Shown here: piece by piece, positions 10,389-20,817 of the stretch
Numbering within the stretch: position 1 is the stretch's first letter
Layout of the letters: each line of letters starts with the position of its first letter
DNA from: Patescibacteria group bacterium
GTDB taxonomy: Bacteria > Patescibacteriota > Microgenomatia > UBA1400 > MFAQ01
Assembly (NCBI GenBank): GCA_943355005.1
Contig: CALRDV010000001.1
Span: forward strand, 178,059 to 242,058
Reading direction: 5' to 3'
Length of the DNA stretch: 64,000 nt
Made by a program: the position numbers and the translations under genes
The notes under the pieces: model-generated
The model's input: only the letters and a program-made list of their open reading frames with translations
Told to the model about the DNA's origin: nothing
The model's database searches: none

Positions 10389-11405
10389 GTGAAAATAAAG
10401 CCGAAATGTAATCCACAAGTGGAATTATTAATAAAATTGTCGAGTATCATGAAAAATAATAAACCTAAAATTAATTCGACATTAGCGGTTGTGGGTTTGT
10501 CTTTTCTTCTTTCCGGCGGTCTCTATTTCTATCAAAATAATATCCTAAAAACCGACAATACTTCGGGAACAACTCAAGAAGTTCCTACCGGAGATGTGAA
10601 CGGTACTACTGTAACTCAACTGTTTCAAACATACCAATTTAGTGCTTGGTCAATATATTCTCCTTACAAAACAGATATTGTTAGGCTGGAGCCCCAAGGT
10701 GTCTACATCTCACCCAATTCTACAATTTACTCATACCCCAGTTACTGGTCTGCTACTACAAATCCAAATCCTGAACTTGGTGATCCTGGGTATACATATT
10801 TAAAATCTTTTGACTTTTCTACCTCAGGACCAAAGCTAAACAGTAAGCTCGGATATAACGCAACAACTCATTTGTATACAGGAGCGTTTAAGAGTGTCAA
10901 TTTTGAATACAATGTTACGTGGAAGCCTTGCTGGGTATTTGAATTTACTCCAGATCAGCTCGCGACAGCCGGAACTTATACCGCAACTTACGACAATACT
11001 GTAGGTTTTAATTTTTATAAACTGAAGCCTACTCAAGTTAAACCCATGTTACCCGTAGCCTTAACAAGTGCTACCGGCACATTTCTCCAGACTTATGCTC
11101 CTGCTACCAAAACGAACAAGCCAAACCTATCAAAGACAGCTTCATTTCCTGTAACTAAATCTATCACCATAGATCCACGATATTCACCTGAGTGCATGTT
11201 GCCTGGCAGTGAAATCACACACACTTACAAGGTTTCCTTGACTAAAACTGAGCTAAATAAATTTGCTCCTTTAAGCACAGTCGTGATTATGCCTTCAGTT
11301 GATAGAAATCCGGTACGCTATCCAGACAATTCAGGCTCATTTGCAAACCCTTCAGCCATGGCAGACATTCATGTTAACTTCGTAAAAGTATCTGTCGTAA
11401 AGTAA
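10389..11405 (+). CDS. membrane-anchored secreted protein, Thr/Tyr/Ser-rich
   Basis: N-terminal TM/signal 'LAVVGLSFLLSGGLYFY'. Low-complexity T/S/Y-rich extracellular domain. Confidence 0.55.
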   Translation: MKIKPKCNPQVELLIKLSSIMKNNKPKINSTLAVVGLSFLLSGGLYFYQNNILKTDNTSGTTQEVPTGDVNGTTVTQLFQTYQFSAWSIYSPYKTDIVRLEPQGVYISPNSTIYSYPSYWSATTNPNPELGDPGYTYLKSFDFSTSGPKLNSKLGYNATTHLYTGAFKSVNFEYNVTWKPCWVFEFTPDQLATAGTYTATYDNTVGFNFYKLKPTQVKPMLPVALTSATGTFLQTYAPATKTNKPNLSKTASFPVTKSITIDPRYSPECMLPGSEITHTYKVSLTKTELNKFAPLSTVVIMPSVDRNPVRYPDNSGSFANPSAMADIHVNFVKVSVVK

Positions 11406-11437
11406 ACACTCGAGTCTAAGGCAAGCCCTTACTGAGA

Positions 11438-12898
11438 TTGACAATATTATTTTTCTCTATCATACTGATAAGTAATATGAGTAAAATTAAGAAAAGCAGG
11501 TTTACATCAGCTACAAAATATTTTGCTTTGATTGGTGTATTAATTGTCAGCGTGTTTGCAGTTCAGTACAAACAAAATATTGTAGGGCAAGCATCCAGAG
11601 TGTTAGGTGATCAGACTATCGCTGCACCAAATCTTATACAGCTTACAAGTCCACTAAATTATCACGGTCACTATATGGTCGATACTGATTTAGAAACAAG
11701 GTTTGATTGGACAGACACAGTCCCAAATGCACCAGTGACATATCAAATTGAAAAGTTTTTTCTAGGGAACGATGGTCGGGTTAATTCTAATCCGGAATAC
11801 GTGGCAACAAATTATTGCTCCCCTGCATGTACAGGAGCGGGCTGTTCTACTTGTTGGTTAGATAAATCACTTCTGACACAAACTGTATTTAGTGACAAAC
11901 ACCCAATCAATACAGGCGATGATTTACATACTCTATGGAGGGTAAATGCTAAAGATAGTCTTGGAAATGTGTATTCTTCAAATTGGAATACAGTCTTTTT
12001 GTTAGGTGAAGTCAGACCGATTATACCGGCGTGGAGACCTAATATTCTGGCCCCAAGTGATAGGGCAGTATTTATTAGAAAGCCATTTAAGTTTGCTTGG
12101 ACAGGCGCTTTGTGGGCAACTGGTTCTAAAATAAAGATAGCGACAGATATAAATTTTACTAATTTATTGGTAAACCAGGTGACAACTCTCTCAGAGTACA
12201 GTGATGTGGCAAATTTACCGGTGGGTGTGAAACTGTATTGGCATGCTACCACAACCGATGGGGGTGGAGAATTGTATGATTCTCCTACCGGAAGTTTTAT
12301 AATTTCAAATCCTCCATCAATTCCCGTGCAAACAGCTCCTGTTAATAATTTTTTAAGCAGTTCAGTATTACCGACCTTTAAATGGAATGTATCCACAGGC
12401 AGTCCATCTGGCTATCAATTTAAATTGTCCCTTGACTCTAGTTTTAATACTTCGGTTACATCGATTGATATTGTTCATCCAAATGCTAGCTATGTTCCAA
12501 CTACAGCATTAGTTAGAGGAAAAACTTATTACTGGAAAGTTCGCTCGATTATTTATAACGGAAACTTGATGGATTATAGTGACTGGTCTAGTACAAGAAC
12601 TGTAAAAATTGCTCCTGCTGTTCCGGTTCTTAAGTTACCGGCAAACAATTCAACGGGGATAATACGCAAACCTAAGCTAACTTGGGCAAATGCCGTTGGT
12701 GCTAGTTCCTATAAAGTTCAGGTGTCGAAAAATGCAGATATGACATTACCATTAATAAATAAAACAATTACCACTCCATATTTTACGCTCACAGTATCCC
12801 TTCCCTCCAAAACAAAATTATATTGGAGAGTTATGTCAGTATCACCAGTTGGTTCATCATTATGGTCAGCCAAGTGGAATTTTACAACAGCTTTATAG
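11438..12898 (+). CDS. membrane-anchored secreted protein with repeated beta-sandwich-like modules
   Basis: N-terminal TM. Recurring roughly 90-aa modules end in 'LYWHATT', 'YYWKVRS' and 'LYWRVMS' (FN3/Ig-like periodicity). Confidence 0.6.
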   Translation: MTILFFSIILISNMSKIKKSRFTSATKYFALIGVLIVSVFAVQYKQNIVGQASRVLGDQTIAAPNLIQLTSPLNYHGHYMVDTDLETRFDWTDTVPNAPVTYQIEKFFLGNDGRVNSNPEYVATNYCSPACTGAGCSTCWLDKSLLTQTVFSDKHPINTGDDLHTLWRVNAKDSLGNVYSSNWNTVFLLGEVRPIIPAWRPNILAPSDRAVFIRKPFKFAWTGALWATGSKIKIATDINFTNLLVNQVTTLSEYSDVANLPVGVKLYWHATTTDGGGELYDSPTGSFIISNPPSIPVQTAPVNNFLSSSVLPTFKWNVSTGSPSGYQFKLSLDSSFNTSVTSIDIVHPNASYVPTTALVRGKTYYWKVRSIIYNGNLMDYSDWSSTRTVKIAPAVPVLKLPANNSTGIIRKPKLTWANAVGASSYKVQVSKNADMTLPLINKTITTPYFTLTVSLPSKTKLYWRVMSVSPVGSSLWSAKWNFTTAL

Positions 12899-12987
12899 TG
12901 TGCTAGTTTACATCCATTCGCACAGACGAGACTACTAGGACGTCCTACTCCATGTCACATAGCTCCTTATGCTAGGATTGATTAGCC

Positions 12988-14184
12988 ATGAAAAAGTTTT
13001 TTGGTAAATATCTCCATCGCATATTTTTGATCACCATTGGATTGGTTGCGATTGTGATACTAAACCTCACCTTGTTCAAGATTCTATTAAAGTACCAAGA
13101 TGCTCAGAAAACAAACACCGAGCTACGTCAGAGTATTTCAGGTAACGAGGAAAGTATCAGGAATCTTCAATCGGAAACGGCGCAGCTAAAAGGCGAAGAT
13201 TTGAGGAAAACAAATGATGGTTTAAAGCTGGAAATTGACAATATCAAGAAAAGTTTCAAATCGGCCGTAGGTCTTTACGAACAAATTTTAATTCTAAAGG
13301 AAGGTGGCTCCACCGGCACTAGTATGGAAAGTAAGCTTTCCTCGATACTCAATTTCCTGTCCCAAGACAATCTTCCTTCAGCACAGAAGACCGGTGACAC
13401 ATTACTGGCAGAGATAAACAAAGAAAAAGCCAAGCAGGCTTCTCAGAAAGTCGCAGCCATTCCCGCCAATGTCCCTGAGATTTCCGGAGCGCCGGCATCG
13501 GGCTACCGCAGACAAAAAGTTACCGTTGGAGATGCTTCGTTTTTAGTCGATATTATTTCTGCAGATTTAAATAGTACCAAAGTAATTGTTGACACCGCTT
13601 CGGACAGCACCTGTGGCAATAATTGTCCTGTCTTACCTCTCGCCACTTATGTCAGTAGAAGTAATGCTTACGCGGGGATAAACGGTACCTATTTTTGTCC
13701 TGAGACTTATCCCTCCTGTGTAGATAAGAAAAACGCTTTCGACATCCTGGTCATGAACAAAAATAAAGTCTATTTCAACTCCGATAACAATGTCTACAGT
13801 TCGGTACCCGCCGCTATTTTTTCCGGAAACTCCGCGAGGTTTGTTGGGAAATCTTCCGAGTGGGGGAGAGATACTGGGGTAGACGCCGTAATTGCAAACA
13901 GACCTCTGCTAATGTTGGATGGGAACTTGATGTTTGGGGCGGGTGGCGAAGACAAAGAAACTATTAAGAGTAATAGAAGTTTCCTTGGTGCTTCCGGCAG
14001 TACAGCCTACATCGGTGTAGTACACAGCGCGACCGTCGCCGAGTCTGCCAAGGTCTTACAAGCCATGGGCATAAGAAGTGCCATCAATCTCGATTCTGGT
14101 GGCTCAACCGCTCTCTGGAGCGGCGGCTACAAAGTCGGCCCCGGCCGAAACCTCCCCAACGTCGTCCTCTTCGTACGGAGATAA
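12988..14184 (+). CDS. membrane-anchored protein with coiled-coil and C-terminal phosphodiester glycosidase (NAGPA-like) domain
   Basis: N-terminal TM, then a coiled-coil region. The C-terminal 'AINLDSGGSTALW' resembles the NLDGGGS motif of the phosphodiester glycosidase family. Confidence 0.5.
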   Translation: MKKFFGKYLHRIFLITIGLVAIVILNLTLFKILLKYQDAQKTNTELRQSISGNEESIRNLQSETAQLKGEDLRKTNDGLKLEIDNIKKSFKSAVGLYEQILILKEGGSTGTSMESKLSSILNFLSQDNLPSAQKTGDTLLAEINKEKAKQASQKVAAIPANVPEISGAPASGYRRQKVTVGDASFLVDIISADLNSTKVIVDTASDSTCGNNCPVLPLATYVSRSNAYAGINGTYFCPETYPSCVDKKNAFDILVMNKNKVYFNSDNNVYSSVPAAIFSGNSARFVGKSSEWGRDTGVDAVIANRPLLMLDGNLMFGAGGEDKETIKSNRSFLGASGSTAYIGVVHSATVAESAKVLQAMGIRSAINLDSGGSTALWSGGYKVGPGRNLPNVVLFVRR

Positions 14185-14212
14185 ACCCTCTTGCTTATTA
14201 TTCCTCGAAAAA

Positions 14213-14809
14213 TCATTTAGCCAAAAACTTCTCTGTAGTTGGATATTTCTCAGAAATACTCTTTTTCCATCCCTCTACTACCTTTTTTCTCTCATCTCTT
14301 GTTCTTCCGGCATTAGACCTAAATACCTCTTTTAGCATGCGTCCATTATCAAATATTGGAAAATGATGAATATTTACTACTTTATTTTCAAAATCATATT
14401 CTCTGTTATTTTCTGCCGCTCTAAACTCGTTTTCGATCTGTCTGGTTGCGATAAGAGATATCTCTTGCACTACTTGAGCTAACTGTCGCGGATAGTCACC
14501 ACCTTCGTTTTTCAGCATTAATTTTGCTTTACGATATGTTTCAATCTTGTTTTCAACAAGTTCACCATCAGCTAAAGACGGGTGTCCTCCACCTCTTTCC
14601 TTTTTGTAGTTGGTCCAGTAGGCCAATCCTCTGTCGCAGAAATCATCTATACTATCGGCAAGATTTTCTTTATTTGTCACCATCTCTCTCACTCCATCCT
14701 CAAATTTTATTCTTGTCACATGTCTAGTCTCTTGTGGAAAGAGTTCTCCCGTTGTCACATGCTCACCCATTAGTTGTTCAGGTAAAAAAGCTATATCATT
14801 TAATTCCAT
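14213..14809 (-). CDS. hypothetical protein (198 aa)
   Basis: Intact ORF. No motif recognised. Confidence 0.5.
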   Translation of the reverse strand: MELNDIAFLPEQLMGEHVTTGELFPQETRHVTRIKFEDGVREMVTNKENLADSIDDFCDRGLAYWTNYKKERGGGHPSLADGELVENKIETYRKAKLMLKNEGGDYPRQLAQVVQEISLIATRQIENEFRAAENNREYDFENKVVNIHHFPIFDNGRMLKEVFRSNAGRTRDERKKVVEGWKKSISEKYPTTEKFLAK

Positions 14810-14846
14810 GCCATCATTATACTCAAAATTACCTATTCTGGCGGCT

Positions 14847-15566
14847 CTAGGCCTTGGTGAATAGATCTATGTCTAGTAGGTGTAAAGCCATTCGACCATC
14901 AGCATCTATTTCTGCCAAGAATTGATTTGATTGTAAATCATGGGGGATAATATTTTTATCTGTAATTATTACCTCCAGTCTTCGAATCGTACTAAACATT
15001 CTTTTCAATAGATCTGGGTTTTTTAAAAGATGTTTCTTTAGACTGATTCCCTCAGCGTATTTATATATAATATTTTTTTCCCCGGTCTCCTTATTTATGA
15101 TTCCTATCAAAGGTTCTATATAATCAATCGACGTTACTCCGGAATTGCGAAAAATTTCCTGTACTTCTTTAGAACCCACTATCTTTCGAATACTGGTAGC
15201 CAACGACATCTCGTTCATTATGCTTGCAGAAGCATAAATCATCTTTCGGAATTCCAGATCGGAGCTTAGACTGCTATTTTCAAGTTCTTCTTCTTTTCCA
15301 AAGTCATAATTTTCTGGACGTATCCATTTTTGTTTAATAACAAAGCTTGGAGAGGCGCGATCGTCAACCCTTACTCTATAATCCTCACCCTGCTTCCAAG
15401 AAATTAGCAGATTTCCATTCTGACTGTCTTTTAAATCTTCAGCAACCGTATTTTTTAGAGCCTCTAGTTCTTTTTCTGATATGGAAGACTGTAGTCTGTT
15501 AACCAATAAATCAAATTTGCCAAAATGAAGAATTTCAATCTTTGTCCTATTATTTTCCGATTCCAT
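14847..15566 (-). CDS. hypothetical protein (239 aa)
   Basis: Intact ORF. No motif recognised. Confidence 0.5.
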   Translation of the reverse strand: MESENNRTKIEILHFGKFDLLVNRLQSSISEKELEALKNTVAEDLKDSQNGNLLISWKQGEDYRVRVDDRASPSFVIKQKWIRPENYDFGKEEELENSSLSSDLEFRKMIYASASIMNEMSLATSIRKIVGSKEVQEIFRNSGVTSIDYIEPLIGIINKETGEKNIIYKYAEGISLKKHLLKNPDLLKRMFSTIRRLEVIITDKNIIPHDLQSNQFLAEIDADGRMALHLLDIDLFTKA

Positions 15567-15634
15567 AAAGTGATATTACCACTCAAAACTATTTTATTGG
15601 AAATTGGTGTAAAACAATTTTTTAATGCCAGATT

Positions 15635-16441
15635 CTATCTGGTCAGGTTGACAAAAGGAACTGTCGACCCCGGAATCATCTGTACAGGCAAAACACCATT
15701 CCATTTTTGAATAGCCTGGAGTGCCACATAGTCCGCTCCACCTTGCGAGTTTATTGCTTCAGCTTGAATACGAATAGTTTCAGCTTGAGCTTTGGCACTG
15801 ACAATTTGTTGTTCAGCCTCGTACTTGATCTGTTCCAATTTGTTTTTACTGGCCAAGGCATTCTGTTCTGCTACTACCTTAGCTTCGATAGATTTATCAA
15901 ACGATTCTGAAAAATCAAAATTGACAATATTCACCGCCTCGATGACGAAACCTCTTGCTTGCAGTCTTTCTTTGATATGAGATTCCATAAGTTCACGAAC
16001 AATAGCTCTCTTGGTAACAAGTTCTTCGGCGGTGAATTGAGCCGTCGAGGCCTTAATTGATTCTTGAACAGCAGGATCTATTACCCTGGCTTCGAAACTC
16101 CTACCCACAGTCTTATAAATATCCCCGACCAGAAGAGGGTTGAGACTAAAGTTTACCGCCACAGTTGCATTTATTGTTTGTAGATCTTTACTGGCTGAAT
16201 TTGCTTTTGCTTCATGCTTCTGTGTTTTTACGTCCATTTGAATAACATTTTCAATCAGTGGAATCTTAAAGTTTAGTCCCTCATCCATAACCCGAACAAC
16301 TCTTCCCAGTTGTACAACCACCCCTCTTTGTCCAGCTTGGATTATCGAGATAGGGTTAAGTACCATAATCGCTAAAATGACGATTAGAGGGATTAAATAT
16401 TTACCGACCACTCCCTTCACTTCATTCATGTCTTTGTTCAT
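15635..16441 (-). CDS. SPFH/band-7 (prohibitin/HflC-like) membrane protein
   Basis: N-terminal TM, SPFH core 'QAGQRGVVVQLGRV...', and a C-terminal coiled coil 'EQIKYEAEQQIVSAKAQAETIRIQAEA'. Confidence 0.85.
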   Translation of the reverse strand: MNKDMNEVKGVVGKYLIPLIVILAIMVLNPISIIQAGQRGVVVQLGRVVRVMDEGLNFKIPLIENVIQMDVKTQKHEAKANSASKDLQTINATVAVNFSLNPLLVGDIYKTVGRSFEARVIDPAVQESIKASTAQFTAEELVTKRAIVRELMESHIKERLQARGFVIEAVNIVNFDFSESFDKSIEAKVVAEQNALASKNKLEQIKYEAEQQIVSAKAQAETIRIQAEAINSQGGADYVALQAIQKWNGVLPVQMIPGSTVPFVNLTR

Positions 16442-16527
16442 ACCTATATGTTATCACTATGCGGACACAATCTTCTTTTCCCAGTAGCTAGGGATATTCT
16501 CTTTTCCGATTTCGACCGTTGCTTGCA

Positions 16528-17145
16528 TTACCTCACCCGTATCTCCAGCTCGCTCTTCTTATCCTTATATATCTCCTCAAACATCTTCATCGTAAAAAGA
16601 GCCGCCTCCGGAGCCATCTTATGGAATCGCCCGGAAATAGTTTTCGTCCCTCCACTGTATTCCATTTTGTATGTATGATACGGCTTAGTTTTTACAAAAA
16701 ATACTTGCTCGGGCACAAAAGTATTACTCACAAAGTCCATCTCGGCCAGCAACCCCAGCACCGAATAGTAGTACTTTTTATTTCCATTCTTTTTGTCGAT
16801 AGAGAAAGTAAACTCAAGCTTGCCTCGATAAGCCCAAAACTCGACACTTTTTTTGCCTCTCAAAAACACTATATATATGCATCCGGTCAACGCTTTCTCC
16901 AGAGCATACGTGATGTACTTCATTTCATCCTTTTTATCCTTAAAGTTATCTATCCGGTTCTGAACCCCTTCCGCAAACTCATCATGATTTTTGATCACCA
17001 GTCTAATACTGTTCCCATCCTTCCGAAACCAAAAATGCTTCCTCATCAGCTCCCCCCGAAAGATAAAGTTCTCCAGCCAATTGACCGCATACGCAATCAG
17101 ATAGACTCCCTTATAAAAAATTTTTGTAACCCACTCCATACCCAT
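16528..17145 (-). CDS. hypothetical protein, paralog of 44219..44845
   Basis: About 45% aa identity to the ORF at 44219..44845, in blocks such as 'KHFWFRKDG/KHFLFQKEG' and 'MFEEIYKDKK/MFEEIYKEKK'. The DNA of the C-terminal region is also similar. Confidence 0.6.
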   Translation of the reverse strand: MGMEWVTKIFYKGVYLIAYAVNWLENFIFRGELMRKHFWFRKDGNSIRLVIKNHDEFAEGVQNRIDNFKDKKDEMKYITYALEKALTGCIYIVFLRGKKSVEFWAYRGKLEFTFSIDKKNGNKKYYYSVLGLLAEMDFVSNTFVPEQVFFVKTKPYHTYKMEYSGGTKTISGRFHKMAPEAALFTMKMFEEIYKDKKSELEIRVR

Positions 17146-17175
17146 ATCTTACACTTATAGTGCTAGAATCTGCAT

Positions 17176-19047
17176 ATGGCCAATATCAGAAAAATTCTTT
17201 CTTTTCTTGGTCAATATCTGTGGAACAAGTATGTTCTGATTTTTTCGTTTCTCGCTATCCACCTTCTGGCCTTTCAGCGTGGTTATCAGGACATATACGT
17301 CATTCTCAGGTGCATTTTTTTGCTTTATTTCTTCTTGTTTTTTCTAAACGGCTTCTATAAATTTTTCCATTCACTTTCCGGATTTGCCCACAAAATCAAC
17401 TTCTACTTTTCTTTCTTGTTAGCCTTCTATTTCTTACAGGCATTTTTGGCCGGTGCCTCCCGCGAGGTAGTCAACACTTTCTGGTTACTAATTTGGGTAG
17501 CCATAGCTTCCTTGTTTATTCTTCCTTTTTACTCTTTTATTCGGCATTGGAGAACACACGAGAGAATTACCAAGAATCTGGTGCGAAACCCCAAACGCTT
17601 TCGTTTTTTTAAATTCATTTTTTCTTGGCGGGTATTCCTCTTGGTTTACGTGGCTTTTTGGTACGCCTTTTTCAAATTCCAATTTAATATCCATCTTCCA
17701 GACAATCCCTTGGTAATCATCATTTTGTTTTATCTTCCTATTTCCGTCTATGTTCTCAGTTTGGTTTCTCTCCACAGGATCTCTCGATTCTATTCCGTGC
17801 CTTTAAGCATTTTGGGGGTTATTGCCACCCCGATAACTATTTTCTATTTCTCACCGGATATAAATGCGGATGCAACCTTTGATGAACTCTATCGATACTT
17901 TATTAGTCTAGCGTTTCCAATTGGGGCAGCTTCGGTTTCCACTATCATTCTGGCTATTCCGGGGTACTTCCGTCTTCTTCTCAGAAAACCCCAATACTTC
18001 ATGTTCTCGGTTTTTACTCTCCTTCTCTTTGGTTACATTTTCATGGTTGAGTATCGCCTGTTCGTTCATATGGAGAGTTACGAAAAGTTCTTCTGCTCCT
18101 ACCAAGAAACCAAGAAGATTAATTCTCCCAAAGTTGTTCGCATCATGGGCTCTCGCTCGGAAGGCTCCGGTTTCTTTATCACAGATACGATGGTAGTCAC
18201 CAATCGTCATGTGGTCAAAGGAGAAGACTATCCCAAAGTAGTTTTGCCTTCGGGAGAGTTCCTTACACCGACAAAAGTAGAGATGTCCGTAGACTACGAC
18301 GTTGCTTTCCTGACAGTCGGTACACCCAAGCCGGACTATGCAATAAATCTACGCGAAGCAAAATTACTTTCCGGAGAAGAAGCCCTTTCTTTTGGCTACG
18401 CCCTCGGCTCAGATATCAAAGGAGCACCCACTATTCTCCCCATCCGCTATGAAGACTTGCGAGAGATGCCCAATGATCCAGCCAAATATCTTCAGTTTTC
18501 CTCCTCTATTGTCTCCGGCATGAGTGGTGGGCCGGTATTTGATAAGTGCGGTGATTTTGTAGGGATAAATGTTATGTCCACTTCAGGAACATCTCTCATT
18601 ATTTCTAAGTCCACCATGGCGGTTGCCGAGCAATCAAATAGAGAGGAGCCAAAGAAAATAAAACTGGAAGCAGGAGCAACTCCGGAAGATACCGTTTACG
18701 CTTACTACTATCTACTAAAGGCCAGAGAGACCCGGAAGTGTTATGACCTTCTTAGTACAAGTTACAAAACCCGGTCCACCTACGAGGAGTGGACAGCGCG
18801 GTTTCCACAGGTCATCAATGTTGTTGTTTTCACTGTAAAAGAACTCAAGCCAAACCTGGTCTACGTCATGTTCGGCATGGAAGAGTGGGTAAATGGCGAA
18901 AGAATATCTCAACTCTACGAAGGCACCTGGGAAACCATCAGAGAAGGAGAGTTCTACTTTTTAAACAGATCTTACATTCTGGAACTGGACAGCTTTTACG
19001 ATTCCCAAGGCCCAGAATTCTTCCTAAATCCAGAAGCAAAAAAGTAG
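17176..19047 (+). CDS. polytopic membrane protein fused to trypsin-like (S1/DegP-type) serine protease domain
   Basis: About 300 aa of TM helices precede a protease domain. Its catalytic triad is in 'VVTNRHVV' (His), 'DVAFL' (Asp) and 'GMSGGPVF' (Ser). Confidence 0.8.
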   Translation: MANIRKILSFLGQYLWNKYVLIFSFLAIHLLAFQRGYQDIYVILRCIFLLYFFLFFLNGFYKFFHSLSGFAHKINFYFSFLLAFYFLQAFLAGASREVVNTFWLLIWVAIASLFILPFYSFIRHWRTHERITKNLVRNPKRFRFFKFIFSWRVFLLVYVAFWYAFFKFQFNIHLPDNPLVIIILFYLPISVYVLSLVSLHRISRFYSVPLSILGVIATPITIFYFSPDINADATFDELYRYFISLAFPIGAASVSTIILAIPGYFRLLLRKPQYFMFSVFTLLLFGYIFMVEYRLFVHMESYEKFFCSYQETKKINSPKVVRIMGSRSEGSGFFITDTMVVTNRHVVKGEDYPKVVLPSGEFLTPTKVEMSVDYDVAFLTVGTPKPDYAINLREAKLLSGEEALSFGYALGSDIKGAPTILPIRYEDLREMPNDPAKYLQFSSSIVSGMSGGPVFDKCGDFVGINVMSTSGTSLIISKSTMAVAEQSNREEPKKIKLEAGATPEDTVYAYYYLLKARETRKCYDLLSTSYKTRSTYEEWTARFPQVINVVVFTVKELKPNLVYVMFGMEEWVNGERISQLYEGTWETIREGEFYFLNRSYILELDSFYDSQGPEFFLNPEAKK

Positions 19048-19142
19048 TATTTATATTTACCTATTGATTTCGGGTAATTTATGGTATTTAATAAATACAT
19101 TGTTGATGTTTATAACGGCAGAAATGCTCGACAAAATACCCG

Positions 19143-20039
19143 ATGACAAAACAAATTAAATCAAAAATTAAGGCCGACATTGAGAGTGTTTCGGGACCTA
19201 AACCATTCGTAAAATGGGTCGGTGGAAAAGGAAAATTAATTCCTGAGATGATGAAATTCATGCCATCTAAGTTCGAGCATTATTTTGAGCCATTTGTTGG
19301 CGGAGGAGCGCTATTCTTTTCAATTATTCAATCGAGAGATATTTCTTTTTCATGCATAAATGATATCAACAGTAAACTTACTAATTCCTACAAGCAAATA
19401 AAGCTGAACCCTGGGAGTTTAGTTTCTCAGTTAACTGTAATAGATTCAGGATACAAAAAACTGTCTCCCGAAGAAAGAAAAGAATATTTTTACGAAAAAA
19501 GAAGAATATACAATGAAGACAATCTCGATGAGTTAACACTTGCCAGTTATCTTATTTTTCTAAACAAAACTTGTTTTAATGGTATGTATAGGGAAAACTC
19601 TAAAGGTCATTACAACATACCATTTGGAGATCAGAAAAATCCCAAAATCTGCGATGAAGAAAATATTTATGCTGTATCTAAACACTTACAGAATACAGAA
19701 ATATGCAATTTATCATTCGAAAAATCAGTAGAAAACTGTCGGCAGGGTGATTTCATCTATTTCGACCCACCATATTATCCAATCAACAAGACATCAAGCT
19801 TTACCTCCTATTCAAAAAAATCTTTTGGTTCTCAGCAACAAGAAGAGTTGAGGGATGTTTTTGCCGCTCTTGCAAAAAAAGGCTGTTATGTAATGTTAAG
19901 TAATTCTCATACTCCAGAAGTTGAAAAACTCTATAAAGACTTCAACATTAACTATATATATGCGGCGAGATCGATAAACAGTGATGGAAGAAAAAGAGGA
20001 AAAATTAAGGAAGTGATAGTAACCAATTTTAAACACTGA
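19143..20039 (+). CDS. Dam-like (D12 class, alpha) N6-adenine DNA methyltransferase, DpnM/M.MboIA-like
   Basis: 'KPFVKWVGGKGKLIPEM', 'FEPFVGGGALFF' (motif I) and 'IYFDPPYY' (motif IV). Confidence 0.9.
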   Translation: MTKQIKSKIKADIESVSGPKPFVKWVGGKGKLIPEMMKFMPSKFEHYFEPFVGGGALFFSIIQSRDISFSCINDINSKLTNSYKQIKLNPGSLVSQLTVIDSGYKKLSPEERKEYFYEKRRIYNEDNLDELTLASYLIFLNKTCFNGMYRENSKGHYNIPFGDQKNPKICDEENIYAVSKHLQNTEICNLSFEKSVENCRQGDFIYFDPPYYPINKTSSFTSYSKKSFGSQQQEELRDVFAALAKKGCYVMLSNSHTPEVEKLYKDFNINYIYAARSINSDGRKRGKIKEVIVTNFKH

Positions 20040-20044
20040 CTGAC

Positions 20045-20809
20045 TCAGACAATTTTATACCTACCAGAGTCAACAAGCTTAATGCTATTGTAATTCTCAG
20101 AATCTTCAAATTCAAACCGCCAAATGGAGTAGATGTCCCCCCCAATCTCTTTATCAAAGAATAATGTGGTTACCTTTTTTGTTGTACGACTCTGCCACTG
20201 CCTGTACGGATAATAGAGCTGTCGAATAATTATGTTTGAGGCATTAAAGTTTTTGGCTTCAATTAAAACTATTTGGTTCTTCCCTTCATATCCCGCATCT
20301 ACTTCTGTTTGCACACTTGAAGTCGAAATTTTATGTTTACCAATATAAAAATCAAAATCTGGTGTATACTTCCGACCTCTTATTGTTAATACAAGTGTAG
20401 GATCGTCTGTAATTGTTCTAATCAGGCTTGCGGCATAAGCATAATCAAGATGTTGCATTTCGGAATCTCCAATGGATGTTGTTTCTAAATGGAAGTCTAA
20501 TTTTGATCTATATTCAATTACATCAGTGTTAATTTCTGGAACGTCGACATAACCTTCCCCCTTAATAATATTATAAAAGCCATTCTTAACTGGGAGTATA
20601 AATAGGTTGTGATTTTTGAAGACTTCAGGTCTATCGTGTTTACAGTCCTGTTTGCACAGTATTCTTGGTTCCTTTTCGCCTGTCTCTGTAAAGTTTTGGC
20701 AGGCAATCTTTATCTGGTTAGCCGAAATTGGGTAGGGTGAATCATCAAAATTATGTTCAAGGATATTGTATACATCAAATATTTTTTTCCATGAAGCACT
20801 GTTTGCCAT
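20045..20809 (-). CDS. putative Type II restriction endonuclease (DpnII/MboI-type, GATC) - assignment by synteny
   Basis: 254-aa ORF sandwiched between a Dam-like and a DpnA-like methyltransferase, as in the dpnM-dpnA-dpnB cassettes. I could not verify a family motif. Confidence 0.5.
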   Translation of the reverse strand: MANSASWKKIFDVYNILEHNFDDSPYPISANQIKIACQNFTETGEKEPRILCKQDCKHDRPEVFKNHNLFILPVKNGFYNIIKGEGYVDVPEINTDVIEYRSKLDFHLETTSIGDSEMQHLDYAYAASLIRTITDDPTLVLTIRGRKYTPDFDFYIGKHKISTSSVQTEVDAGYEGKNQIVLIEAKNFNASNIIIRQLYYPYRQWQSRTTKKVTTLFFDKEIGGDIYSIWRFEFEDSENYNSIKLVDSGRYKIV

Positions 20810-20817
20810 TTGAGGAA

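Noticed and set aside
16519-17160. 213-aa plus-strand ORF overlapping 16528..17145
   Set aside because: The minus-strand ORF has a clear paralog at 44219..44845 with conserved peptide blocks. The plus-strand ORF is low-complexity and has no such support, so it is a shadow ORF.
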